This document shows, piece by piece, positions 1 to 12,580 of a DNA stretch of 64,000 nt. The notes under the pieces were generated by a model. The model was not told the DNA's origin and did not search any database. It saw only the letters and a program-made list of their open reading frames with translations. This DNA comes from Paraspadella gotoi (Eukaryota > Animalia > Chaetognatha): positions 14,217,420-14,281,419 of the forward strand of contig CM119268.1 in NCBI GenBank assembly GCA_051294375.1. Reading direction: 5' to 3'. Position numbers and translations under genes: made by a program. Each line of letters begins with the position of its first letter. Position 1 is the stretch's first letter.

Positions 1-456
1 CAAGGTAAGTAGATAATTTTAAAAATAATGATTATTGCATAATAAAAGCTATGGAGCTAAAAATATAAAGTTGTTTCTTACTGTCCTGCACCTAAAGAAA
101 AGATTTAAAACATTATTTAATCAATATTAGCCATAGCCGATGAAATTTAAATGCTAATGTATACAGCGTTAAAATAATCTATCATGACCATAGATTATGG
201 TATTAAAATATTTTTTGTCAAAAATGCTTTCTTCTGAGGGTACTCGCCTAATTAAAAATATTATATTACTATATAGAGCGGCTACTCCTATCAATATTAT
301 AAAAAATATTTGATAAATAATAAAAAATATATAATTTAAAATTGTTTTTAAAAATCGCTGGAAAAATATTTTTACCAATTGCTTTATGTAATAACTAAAA
401 GAGTTTGCTTTGTTCAATTTTTAAAATTTGGATATCCTATAAAATGGTCCATACTA

Positions 457-1019
457 AGCCAATGGATTTGGCTGAACGATTATGGACGTGAGGCGGTGTG
501 AATATACCGCCACAGGAACCCCGGGCCAAAGCATCACTCAGGTTCCTCATGAGAGGCGTCTGACAAGACTGTTACCATAATTGGAGAGAGTGATAGAGCA
601 CGAGTTGTGGGGCATAGGAGTTTATCGTAGCGTACCCCAGGGGCATAGGGGTTTGTCGTAATGTACCCAAAGTCAGCAGGGCATAGGGTTGCGTGTTTGA
701 TAGTAAGGCTCACCACTTATGGCAACAGCCGGGTTGCCTGTGATGCCCACTGGGATGGGGCATCTCACTGTTAGCTTTGAGGGCCTCCGACCCTCAGTGA
801 CGCATCCAGTCACTGAGCGACAGGTTACCGCTGAGACGGTATCGGCTTTGCCAACGCAGAAGGAAATCGTTAGGACTGTGGATGGAACACTTCGCCTCGG
901 GTTCGGTGTGTTCCCGTCTGAACCAATGGATTTGGCTGAACGATGATGGAGCTGAGGCTGGTAATGAATTAATATTAATAATATTATTATATAATAATAT
1001 GTCATTTGAATATACCGCA
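457..1019. other. GC-balanced, hairpin-dense 464-nt unit bounded by an imperfect ~50-nt direct repeat
   Basis: ccaatggatttggctgaacgat.atgga..tgaggc.ggt..tgaa..tataccgc at 459 and 923; at least 9 stem-loops; AT-rich flanks. Confidence 0.55.
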
Positions 1020-2243
1020 CAATAAAACATATTTTTAATAAAGAGTTTTTATTTTTTTCTCTGACATAATCCGAAATTTTTAAAATCATATTTTAAATTT
1101 TAATTACTATAAACGAAAATACAATTTGCTAATACTGTTTATGCTAAAGAATTTTTTTAAAAATGGCATGATTTTTTTAATTAGCATATACAAAAGCAGC
1201 AAAAATATATTGTTAATCGCTTAATCTTTTTCATCAACTCCAGCACTTAGCTATACATGTTCTACAAACATTAAGTTTCACTGTGACACTAGTGAAATAA
1301 TCAGTTCAGACAGCATATAAAATGACGTAATGACATTAACACAAATAATCCGTGACCCTAATAAATAAGGTTCAAAGACATACAGCACGGAGAATGACGT
1401 TTAACCGATATTGAATCAAGATAAATTTTAATGAAAATGTCACAATAATGATGACGCATGGACCCAAATAAAAAATGTTATTGGCTATGGCGTAAACTAT
1501 AATGATATTGTGAGCGCAAAAAAGTACGTATCGACTGATTGTGACCGTGATGCAACAAAATAAACCAAACCAACATAATAAGTAACTGACATACTAACAC
1601 ACTAACATAAAATGACATATGAATCTAAAGGACAAATGATTTAAAAAATGATAAGTATGACTTTTGATATAATTGACTTCGGGTAAATTGACTAACGTAA
1701 AAAAGACGTAAATAACTAATCACCAATGACCAATAACCATGACATAAATTTGACTTAAAGTTTAGTAAAGCTGAAACTGTCATGATTTTTTTTTCATTAA
1801 TGTCATTAATTTAAGAGTAAACTAAAAGTGAAGCGAATATATTATAAAATAAACTAAAATGTGTAATAAATAAGTGGCATAAATAAGTAATGAAATTGGA
1901 AATTGAAATTGGAAATTGAAAATATAATTTAGATAAATAACCTAAAATGATGCCACTTGTCTTAAAATACGTTAATGTTAAATGTATTTTACGTATACTT
2001 ATTTAATATAATTGTAAATGTGTCACTATGAAGCAAATTAAAAAAAAAAGGTTTTATTTTAAAGGAAAAAATATTTTACTAAGTCACGGCTTAACATTTA
2101 GATTATGCAAATGATAATTTGGATTTGATTTCAACTATACTGAACAAACAAGAGACAACGTTTTAATCAAGCTTTTTTCCTTCTGAAAAAAATTAATATT
2201 ATTTTTCATTTTTATAAATTTTATTATTTCCAAAAATTTTCTT

Positions 2244-2448
2244 GGAAGCTGGAGTTGGAACTTTTTTTGCGCCGCTCGCGACTCCAGCTCCAGCTCCGGC
2301 CAAGATAAAATCTCAAGCTCCAGCTCCAGCTCCCGCTCCGGTAAGGAAAAATAAATTCAGCTCCAGCTCCAGGCTCCAGCTCCGGCGCAAAGTATGCCAG
2401 CTCGCGGTAGCTCCGACTCCAGCTCCAGCTCCAGCTCCACATCCCTGG
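2244..2448 (-). mobile_element. End of a non-autonomous DNA transposon with subterminal (GGAGCT)n hexamer arrays
   Basis: Minus strand reads cagggatgtggagctggagctggagctggagtcggag..., a CAGGG terminus plus hexamer blocks resembling hAT-type MITE ends; partner end not found. Confidence 0.5.
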
Positions 2449-3094
2449 TCTATGGAACGCTGCGTCCGATTGTGAGTGACGGAGAGAAAGAGTCTATTTT
2501 CGAGATAGACTACGGAATCCATGGATGTCTGCCGGTCTGCACGGCTTTAAATCAGACAGCGACGCGCATGCCTTCGTAAATTACACAGAAATTGACATTT
2601 GAGTTTTAACCGCGAAGATTTTCCGCCGATTCAGCAATCGGACGGATTTGCCCAAAGCGATAGATTCGATTGTCAGTCAAATCAACTTCATTCACTCAAT
2701 GAAAAAGAGAAGCTGAAGAAAAACCGCTCGAATTTGCAGCAATTCGGCGAAACAAAGAGCGAATTATGTAATTTATTTATTTATTAATTTATTAACGAGT
2801 TTTTCGAGCGAGCGGGACTCAGGGCGCTGGCGACGACCTTTTGGAGAACGAATTGGGGTCATGGGTCAGGAGTCTTGGAGTTAAGGTCATGCGTTCGAGT
2901 CTGGTAGCGAACCTCGAGTAAAGATAAAGGGACCTGGACACAAAGAAAACGGAGAGCAACTTTAAACAAAGAATTTTCACTTTTCCACGGTCACTCCTAA
3001 ACGCATGACTAAGAAGGAGGCGCAAAACTTGGAGATTTCGACGTGGCAACAACGAAAACGAGGACTACGACGACGACGACGACGACGACGACAA

Positions 3095-3290
3095 AACTCC
3101 TTCATTGGCGAAACTGCCAGTCGATCACATGCAAACGAGGGAATAACAAGCGAGTTATTGAACCGGAACCGAATAATCAACCTCCCCGTCCCACTTTTCT
3201 CGCCGCCAATCAGCGTGGGAATTGCACCCCCCTCGAATATTCGACCAATCGGAGGGCAGCAATCTCGACGGCGGACATTGGAGGCTTTCG
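3095..3290. promoter_or_regulatory. CCAAT-box cluster, putative promoter
   Basis: attggc (~3103), gccaatcag (~3205), accaatcgg (~3244), attgg (~3277) in a CpG-rich patch next to a (CGA)n tract. Confidence 0.35.
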
Positions 3291-4055
3291 TTTCGTTCGG
3301 GTGCTGACAGTTTTGGATCAGTAGTTGACATTCATGTTGGAAATAGATACTACTATCTAGGAAAAAAGTATATCACATTTTTAATAAAGGATATCTATTT
3401 AAAAACTTGTTCGATTTTTAAAAAATAAGAATGTTTTTAAATCTACTCTAATTTTTTTTCCGTAGCTTCTTTCCATCATTTAGAAGTTAGAGGTAAAAAA
3501 TATTGTTAAAATTAAAAAAAAAATCTTATTTAATTTTCAATTTTTTTTTATTTAGTTATTTGTTTTTATTTCGAATAGAGTAAGTTATTTTTTTAATTTT
3601 TTTAAATTTGGTAATGCTAAAAGCCTTGTACCTCTTTTTGGTTCACAAAAGTACTATTATAGCTCTCAGAAAGTAGGGAAAAATTCACAATATCAACATC
3701 GGGGTTGAAAAGAATTGAGTTAAAGATGTGGGAAAATATATCACTGTCATACCTTAATTTGCTGTATGCAGTAGTCAATGCATACCAAATATTAAAAATG
3801 TTTTACCCATGTTTTGTATACTTTTTATTGAATAAATGAATTATGTGATATACTTTTTACCAAGATAGTACATTAGTTATTGCAAGGTGATGCTAAGGTA
3901 CGTAAAACGGGTCAAATAATCCTCTGCGATTGGGAATTTATCGCGGCTTATAACTTGACTTTACCGACTTAGGGAAAGAAGAGGCTATCAGAAATGCATT
4001 AGGAAAAACAAGGATTAGCAACCGACAATCGACAACGAGGAAACAAAGAATGAGA

Positions 4056-4099
<44 letters not shown>

Positions 4100-5820
4100 G
4101 AGAGATTAGTTGTTTCCCGATTTCTTTACATATTTACATGGGCCTAACAGAGAAAAAAATGGCCCAAGGGTAGAGTCGAATTCGGTATTTAGGATTGACA
4201 TCGACGCCTGAAGATCGTCCTGCTATTCCCAGCGTCAACGAATTAACTTTATTGATCTTCGAAATCACTCGATCTAAAAAAAGGTCGACCTTTTGACTCC
4301 TGGCGATCGGCGACAACCATCGACTCTTCCCTTCGTGCAGACGCGAATTTTGCGGTCGCGATGGTGAGTGAGATCGGGTAAGGAGCGGGGGGGGGGAGCA
4401 TAATGCCGAAAGTTGGGGTGATGGCGGCTATTTTGCCTTTCCTTGGCGTCATTCGGATCTGGGTTGCCCTCTTCGCCAGTCCCTCTGCGCCAAATCTTTG
4501 CGCCAACCTTATCGTGCCAGCGAGCCATCCTTACACCCCTTCTTTCCCGAGCGCCAAACGACCGGAAGTTCTCGGGCGCCGGTCAGTTGAGCGTCGCTCA
4601 AACGACGCGTTCACGTGGAATGATTGAGTCCGAGAGGCGACAGCAGCGACGCCAACGGCGATTCTGAACAATTTTCTTACATTTTTTTTTTCTGCTTTAA
4701 GATGAGTGTAAGTTTCTTTCTTTATCAAATTGATATTCTAAACGTTCTTAAATATTTTGGCTATATATATCTAGTGATAGTTTTCCTCTTTCGTTTTAAA
4801 AAGTACGCTTAAAAAATCTCACCTGCTTTTTTTTATTTTTTTTAGAGTCGATCAGAATAACGAAATCGTTTCGCTTAGGACAAAGAATGTTTTTGCAATG
4901 ACCACCTGCTCCGCGCTTTCTTGCTCGACGCTGACTGTGGCCGTTAGATGCCCTTTTGACTTCTAGAATCTTAACATGACTTTGTAACTCTAACTGAAGT
5001 AAACTCAAGTTGTCGTGGTAGTTCATGTCATCGTCGTCGTCGTTCATGTCATCGTCGTTCAAGGTTTAAATTCATCAAAGAATTTGTTAAATTTCCTCAC
5101 ATCTAGAAGATTTCCGCGTCTGATTCGTGGGCTTAATTCCGTGAAGCTTTTAAATGCGAGGGAGTAACGATTTTCTACCTCAGACGAACTTTCTCCATAC
5201 TCCTCTCTCTTTCCCTCCCTCCCTCCCTCCATCTTCTCTCTTTTCATTTTATGGTGCGCGCCATGATGCCATGGTTCCATGGAACCATGATGCCGTTGCA
5301 AACAGCGTCGACTTTAAAACTCTCGAATTCCGAGAGCCCTGGGAGCCATATAAACCCCTTCGGCCATATAACCCCTTTTCTTGATATGAAATCCCAGGCT
5401 CAAGGATTTTTCGCTGCTCAGCGGAATTTTAGGGGACGACGTCCGATTTTACGTCGGAATTAACTTTATTTTTTTCTCGCAAATTTTTTTCTCAAAATTA
5501 ATAAAAGATTTTCATTGTATGAAAGTTCCGATCTTGATAACACATCGTTTAATGTACACATTGCTAATTCACTTTCATACGCATGGAAAAAATAAGTGCA
5601 ATTAAAAAAATTAGATGCTCAGTACATTATAAAATGAAAATAATCCTAGATCGGGGTACCTCTGACCATTTCCTTCCTTCGTACTCTACCCATCCCTTCC
5701 CCCTCTATTTCCCACTTCTTTCTTTTCTCATCGACGTTTCCCGTTTTATTTCCTCCTTGTTCTTTTGTTTTATTGCCTTTTCCCGCGGAAGCACAAACAA
5801 GCGAAGAGGCCCTCTGTCGG

Positions 5821-5893
<73 letters not shown>

Positions 5894-6001
5894 TTTCTCT
5901 CCTCTCTCTCTCTCTCTCTCTTTTCGTCCACTCTCTTCTCTCTCTCCTCTATCTCTCTCTCTCTTTTCTCTCTCTCTTCTCTCTTCCTCTCTCTCTTCCC
6001 T

Positions 6002-6036
<35 letters not shown>

Positions 6037-6068
6037 TTTCTCTCTCTCTCTCTTTCTCTCTCTTCTCA

Positions 6069-6113
<45 letters not shown>

Positions 6114-6125
6114 CTCGCTCTCGCT
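5821..6125. repeat. (TC)n microsatellite
   Basis: Long imperfect CT dinucleotide tract, one of dozens in the window. Confidence 0.95.
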
Positions 6126-7074
6126 CCAAGTATGAATCGTGGCTTTGACCGTCTCGCTGATTAACGACTCCTTTCGGAGGAAAAAAATATGAAAAAAAAA
6201 GAAACAAAAGTAGCAAAGTTGAGAGTGGAACTCAAAAGACAAAAGTGCAACTCTCGTTAATTACGACGAAGTCGGTCGCTCTTTTGTCTCTTTCATCGTT
6301 TCGTTTCCCTTTTGTCTTTTTTTCTTTTCAATTTCATGACTTGTCAATTTAAAAACGCTTCCATCTATAGTTGCCTTTACGTCCTTCACGAAGCAAAAAA
6401 GTAAAATTCCGATGGACGAAAACTTCGATTAATGCTTAAGGTTTAAATTAATTTAATACCACTTGATATCACAAAACCGACCTCGTTGACCAATGACGAA
6501 TCCCAAAATCTTGAATCACAGTCAAATGTGAAAACCATTACAAATTCTCACTCCATTCTCAAAATTTGAATCCAACGTCAACAGGTTCAATCCTTCCACT
6601 TAATTTCCAAAACTGTCCGAATTCTAANNNNNNNNNNTCGTTGTTGTTGTCGTTGTCGTCGGTTCCATCGGTCGGTCCAGAGTTGAGGGTAGGATCGTTT
6701 CCGTGATTGATATTATTACCCTTTACTTCGTCGTCTTCGTCGTCGTCGTCGTCGTCGTCGTCCTCGGGCCATTCACCTCCCGATTTCCTCACAGACGCCA
6801 TCTCGAGACTCACTTTCGGTTTTATCATTCGAGGTCTGTGATTACGGCTGTAAAGTCCCGGGTTCGAGGTCGGGTTGTAACCAGATATTTTATCGTCTCC
6901 GTCTCTCTCTCTCTCNNNNNNNNNNNNNNNNNNNNNNNNNNNNNNNNNNNNNNNNNNNNNNNNNNNNNNNNNNNNNNNNNNNNNNNNNNNNNNNNNNNNN
7001 NNNNNNNNNNNNNNNNNNNNNNNNNNNNNNNNNNNNNNNNNNNNNNNNNNNNNNNNNNNNNNNNNNNNNNNNNN

Positions 7075-7113
<39 letters not shown>

Positions 7114-9116
7114 ATTTCCTGCAGGGCAAATACAAACGAAGCAATACACAATTGCCATCTCTACCGTCTGCTGAACGGAAGATAGAATCAGGGGGGTTTC
7201 GCGTTAATGGGCGTGAAAAGGAAAATGAGAAAAAAAGGGAGGGGGGAAGAGAGCAGCGAGGGTACAGCCACTCATTGAAATCTATTTTTAGATATTCATA
7301 AAACAATAACGATTGCGAGCAAGAAAATGAGGCAGTGGAACCCTTAGATTCTCTTGCAATATGGAATCGGAAACGGGGAACGCCAGGGAAGTGGGGGACG
7401 GTGAACGACGTCGCCGCGTGAACATCGACATTTCGGGAATTCTTATTGGGAGGGTGAGGAAAGGGTAAGGCTTAGTTGACGGCCAATTGGCGGAAAGGGT
7501 GAGGAAGATGGTTTGATTGCAGAGAGAGAGAGNNNNNNNNNNNNNNNNNNNNNNNNNNNNNNNNNNNNNNNNNNNNNNNNNNNNNNNNNNNNNNNNNNNN
7601 NNNNNNNNNNNNNNNNNNNNNNNNNNNNNNNNNNNNNNNNNNNNNNNNNNNNNNNNNNNNNNNNNNNNNNNNNNNNNNNNNNNNNNNNNNNNNNNNNNNN
7701 NNNNNNNNNNNNNNNNNNNNNNNNNNNNNNNNNNNNNNNNNNNNNNNNNNNNNNNNNNNNNNNNNNNNNNNNNNNNNNNNNNNNNNNNNNNNNNNNNNNN
7801 NNNNNNNNNNNNNNNNNNNNNNNNNNNNNNNNNNNNNNNNNNNNNNNNNNNNNNNNNNNNNNNNNNNNNNNNNNNNNNNNNNNNNNNNNNNAGAGAGAGA
7901 GAGAGAGAGAGAGAGAATCAGAGATCCACAGTTGCGTTATTCGAACGTTCTTGACCCTAAGAATTGAGGGTCAGTGGCGCCCCTCGTGGTCCTCGTCGTC
8001 GTCGTCGTCGTCGTCGTCGTTGCCGCTCCCCGTTGTCGTCGTTGTTGTTTTCGGCTGCCAAAACTTGGAAGGAACCTAATCCCGGTTCATGGATGGGATA
8101 AACGAGCAGAATCTCGGTCGACGCAGAGTTGCGCCGAGTTTTCCCCCGGATTTTTAAAGTCAATGACAGGTTGGCGGAAATATNNNNNNNNNNNNNNNNN
8201 NNNNNNNNNNNNNNNNNNNNNNNNNNNNNNNNNNNNNNNNNNNNNNNNNNNNNNNNNNNNNNNNNNNNNNNNNNNNNNNNNNNNNNNNNNNNNNNNNNNN
8301 NNNNNNNNNNNNNNNNNNNNNNNNNNNNNNNNNNNNNNNNNNNNNNNNNNNNNNNNNNNNNNNNNNNNNNNNNNNNNNNNNNNNNNNNNNNNNNNNNNNN
8401 NNNNNNNNNNNNNNNNNNNNNNNNNNNNNNNNNNNNNNNNNNNNNNNNNNNNNNNNNNNNNNNNNNNNNNNNNNNNNNNNNNNNNNNNNNNNNNNNNNNN
8501 GAACTTTCTTCAAATGTAACGCCTTTTCTCCCGGATTTGCATATCATGGTTTAGTTTTTTATTTAAATATGGTACATTACAAACGACTTGCAATTTTTTT
8601 CCCCTTTGTTTTCTGTTAGCTCAAGTTACTAATATTTTCATGATTTACTTAGCGCTGTAAATTAATTTTATAATTGTTCAGATTCTTATTGTTTTCTTCT
8701 CCTTTCCATGGAGACCACAATTTTATTCAGGAAACCGATCGATATCTACTTCACTGGACGAAATGGAATTACGAGGTTCGTTTCCCCTTTTTATTTATGC
8801 CCAAGGCATATGTAAGAGACGTTTAAAACATTGATAACGGTTACAATGGATTGATAATTTGATTGAAATAAAACTATTTGAATTGGCAGAAAAAGCTCGA
8901 AAAATTATAAACATTACAATAAATTATGATAATTTTTAAGCAGGAAAACTAACTTTAGAAAGAGGCACAAATTATTGATTTTAATTGTTCGTACTGTAAT
9001 TTCCAATTGTAAATAGTTTTTTGGGGCTTCTTTGTATTTTCTTACCTATTTTCTTAACTTTTTACTACTCTTTTTTTCGTTATATCTTCTAATATCTTAC
9101 TTATATTCCTTACCCA

Positions 9117-9458
9117 TCATCCTAACTCAACCGATTTTTCTACCTTCCCCTTCCCTCCCACCTTCCTCCTCCCGAATCCCCCCACCCACCCTTTCGGCAC
9201 CACCCTGGCCGCAAAGACCAAGAGCTCCAAACCCTCGACGACGGTGATGAGAGAGACTCCGACGAAGAGGCCGAGGAATCCTCCAACGCTGGACAACCAA
9301 TTGGCCGTCGTCATCTTGGGCGTCTTTATGACCTCTTCGAGACGATGACGATTCCCGATGGCCAAGACGGTCGTCGCCCGCGAGACGTTAAGGCAACCGT
9401 GGGGGAATTCGAAAGAGGAGCAGAGAGTGTTGTGGGCGGGAGCCCCGGAAGTGATTAG
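9117..9458 (-). CDS. DEG/ENaC exon 6 (TM2, stop)
   Basis: ttcacag|; LITSG...WLSSVGGFLGLFVGVSLITVVEGLE...VELG*. Confidence 0.9.
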   Translation of the reverse strand, partial: LITSGAPAHNTLCSSFEFPHGCLNVSRATTVLAIGNRHRLEEVIKTPKMTTANWLSSVGGFLGLFVGVSLITVVEGLELLVFAARVVPKGWVGGFGRRKVGGKGKVEKSVELG

Positions 9459-11329
9459 CTGTGAAGGGAAGCAATGATCATGCAACAGTTTGTAATCTGT
9501 ATACTGTATAGTAAATACATTAGGTAGCAATGTACAACTATACATAATAACAATAAAACTATTTTTTTTGGAAAGTTCATAAAATTGATTTAACCCAAAT
9601 GCAAAACTTAAATAAAGTTAAGTTGCCGCTGACTTTGCAGGAACGAAGTGATACATGATATTTTTCAGAACTGTTTCAGTTGTACACACTACACAGGACC
9701 ATTCTCTTAAGTACGATCAGTGTATATTACCAGTATTGAAAGAAAGCTCAAATCAATTTTTTAAACCTTTTGTTCCGCTTTAAAATGTTGGTTCAATTGA
9801 TCAAGCTATTTTTTTTGTTAATCATTTTTACCCTAAAGCTGAACTGTTCTGTTATCGAAGCCGGACGACATGATTGTGGACAAGAACCGAGAAGATTTAC
9901 TGAATCCGACAACAAATCTGCGAAAAGATAAAAATAGAGTTTTATAAATTTTGATTTCAATGAAGATATCAAAAGATTTGTGGCAAAGTTTATATAATTT
10001 TTTTGAGAGACGCTCAGTATGTAACCTAAGCATCCTCCTCGCTCACCCAAAATGCAATTCTCGGGCACAAACGGGCTCGCCCTTTTGCAGAGATGAAAGA
10101 AAGGTCCCGGAAAGTCTAGACTCGACTCCTCGCAATCCGCGCTGAGTTTGGCCCTCCAATTCTCCGTCCAAACGTATTCCAGATGGCGGAAGAACCAAGA
10201 GTCGCAATCGGGATGACGCCGCGCCACGTTGCGCCCGACGCAAACGTCGATGCATTGAGCTTTGTCGTAGATCGGCGTCTTGTTGCCCCAGTCGTCGGGA
10301 TACTCGGCCGTGTAGGCTCGCGTCAGCATCCGCAGCCGACGCGACCGCAGCCGCTTGATCAGCGCCAGCTGCGGCGTTCGCGGGCGACGAAAGGTAAGGC
10401 CGCCGCCATCGTCGAACGGCGTCTCTTGCGTCTCCTTCAACCGGAAGAAGAGATCGAAGCGTCGGACTCTGCCCCAGTCGATCTCAAGGGTTGTGCCGTT
10501 GAGGAAAGCGCAGAGACCGTAGGCGCTGGACAGGCCGAAGCTGGAAGGTGGAAGGGAGGCTTATAATTAAAATTAAATTTAATTAAATTAAAATTGTCGT
10601 CACTCCCTGGACAAAAACGAAGAATGGAAGAGAGTCGGGCGAAACTTGAGCCGGAGGTCAACGCCTTTTCGGAAAGAGGAGTTAATTAATTCGGAAAGAG
10701 GAGTTAATTCTTAAGAGGAGTTAAAATGAGGAATTAAAATTAGGAGTTATGGGATAAGTTATGATTAAGTATTAGTTTCTCTCACACATATAAGAAAAAT
10801 AACTTTTATCGCGCACATCGACTACAAGTTATTTAAACATTGAAGAACATTTAAACAATCAAGACGTAAAACCTGTCAACAAATCCCGAACGACCATGGT
10901 CTCGTAATCTTCTAAACTGTAGTTCCAAGTCGAGACGCAAAAAACCGGTCGAGGATACTTTTCTGTCAAAGAAAATTAATTTCAATTAGCGTACGACGAA
11001 AAAATGGAAAATAAATTTATCATGTTGATTCACTGATTGATTTGATCGAGCTACAATCCCATTCAGTCACCCGTGACTCTCCCGAAGTGATCGTGAAGCA
11101 TCTCCTCGATCTCGAAGTTGACGCTCGTCTCGTGGACGTCGAGCCACTTGTCCGTGACGTCGATGAGAAGGGCGACGAGGCTTCCGTAGGCGGCGAGACA
11201 GACGATGATCCAGAAGAGGCGTCGCCCGCCCGTCGAGTCCACGAGGCGCCCCCATCCGTGGGCCGTCGTCTTGGAGAGAAGATCCGTCAGGGGATCGAGC
11301 GATCGAGGCTCGGGCGGCTCCGCGCTCAT
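9117..11329 (-). CDS. DEG/ENaC (amiloride-sensitive sodium channel / ASIC superfamily) subunit, 6 exons, 443 aa
   Basis: Hand-spliced GT-AG exons 11329-11071, 10962-10873, 10664-10604, 10540-10047, 9917-9832, 9458-9117 total 1332 nt with matching phases. Motifs: pre-TM1 TTAHGWGR (HG motif), TM1 RRLFWIIVCLAAYGSLVALL, TSVNFE, YPRPVFCV (FPAVTxC-like), YGLCAFLN, thumb YDKAQCIDVC, CPQSC, TM2 LSSVGGFLGLFVGVSLITVVE (GxS filter). Confidence 0.9.
9832..9917 (-). CDS. DEG/ENaC exon 5
   Basis: ttcgcag|; DLLSDSVNLLGSCPQSCRPASITEQFSFR; donor |GTAAAA. Confidence 0.8.
10047..10540 (-). CDS. DEG/ENaC exon 4
   Basis: ttccag|; FGLSSAYGLCAFLNG...YDKAQCIDVC...PENCIL; donor G|GTGAGC. Confidence 0.85.
10604..10664 (-). 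CDS. DEG/ENaC exon 3
   Basis: gaaaag|; GVDLRLKFRPTLFHSSFLSRD; donor GA|GTGACG; bridges phase 1 to phase 2 as the flanking exons require. Confidence 0.65.
10873..10962 (-). CDS. DEG/ENaC exon 2
   Basis: tgacag|; EKYPRPVFCVSTWNYSLEDYETMVVRDLLT; donor G|GTTTTA. Confidence 0.75.
11071..11329 (-). CDS. DEG/ENaC exon 1 (HG motif, TM1)
   Basis: ATG at 11329, MSAEPPEPR...TTAHGWGRL...; donor G|GTGACT. Confidence 0.9.
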
Positions 11330-12504
11330 TGGAATTTGTTTTTTTTCTGCAACGGATATTGGTGGAAATTTTTATGTTTAATTTTCAAAATAAATATTTT
11401 TTTAGCTTATTTAAAAAAAACAAAAACATTTTTTATATTACACGATAATGACACAACAAGGACGTGATAACATTTACTTGACAGGTATTAAATTGACAGA
11501 CTGAAAGGGACATTACCAACATAATGTAAACGAATGACATGTTTTAGTGTGATAATCAATTAAAAAATGCATTGTAAACATTGCACGATGAAAAAAATTC
11601 AATTAAAAAAAAAACGAAAAAATAATTTTTTGCTAATTACTTTAATTGTCGATAACGATATCAACTAATTTATTATTTTCGAGACGATATAGCATTCCCC
11701 GTTTCCTGAAATAAATGAAGTTGAAAGTCTTGACAATTTGAAGCGAGTCCAGCCGTCGCGTTTCGCAAGAGAATTGCGGTATCGTTAATGTTTACCCAAC
11801 TAAATTGTCCAATTTTAGTTACCGGATTCAATGACTATTTTTTTCTTTCATTCAAATGTGCTCTGCGAGGAAAAAATGAGTAATTTTTAACGTTTTCATT
11901 GCCAATTGATATGAAATATTAGTTGCCGGATGCAGTACAGAGAAAATTTCGTTGACATGACTCGATGTAGAGTAACTAGTAAATAGTAACCAGTAAATTC
12001 ACATCATTATCTATCACCTATCATTAAACGTTCCAACCCAAACTAATCTCCTCCCCTGCTCCCTCCCCCCTCCCGCGGATTCCGCCATTCCATCAAAACC
12101 CCTTTTTTTATTGGCCTCAGGCCGTCGCGACTCCGGGACAGAAATCCAACCAGAAAAGCCTAAAAAAAAAAAAAAAACATCTAAACGTCTATAATAAAAA
12201 AATGGGAATTTCTTTCTTAGACAACTTTTTCCCCCCTTTTCCTTCGGGCCTTTTCTGTTGTTTTTATGGGTTTTATTTGCTTTGTTCTGCTTTTTTTTTG
12301 TTTGCTTGCCCGTTTGTTTGTTTCTTGCCATCTTCCTCTTTGTCTTTATTTATTTTTTTCTCTTTAAATCTTTGCTTTTTTTTTTGCTTTGCTTTTTTGT
12401 TGCTTTTTTTTCTTTCTTTAGGTATTCTTTCTTTCTTTTTTTCTTTTTTTTTTCTCTTCCATTTCTTTCTTCCTCTCTTCCTTTCATACTTCCTTTTATT
12501 TTCT

Positions 12505-12506
12505 CT

Positions 12507-12577
<71 letters not shown>

Positions 12578-12580
12578 TTT
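12505..12580. repeat. (TTTA)n microsatellite
   Basis: About 18 near-perfect units. Confidence 0.95.

Noticed and set aside
457-1019. Hammerhead or HDV ribozyme, telomerase RNA, or protein-coding exon
   Set aside because: No CUGANGA-stem-GAAA layout, no HDV P1/P1.1 arrangement, no CUAACCCU template, and the ORFs shift frame and show no family motif.
2224-2522. PAPAPA / WSWSWS / GAGAGA ORFs
   Set aside because: Translations of the (CCAGCT)n subterminal transposon repeat.
5583-6216. Long ORFs rich in SL or ER repeats (also 12202, 25725, 37590, 41656, 58980, 60541, 62550 and others)
   Set aside because: Stop-free translations of (TC)n/(GA)n and T-rich microsatellites with no domain signal.
6825-8554. 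ORFs spanning X runs
   Set aside because: Open only because N gaps contain no stop codons.
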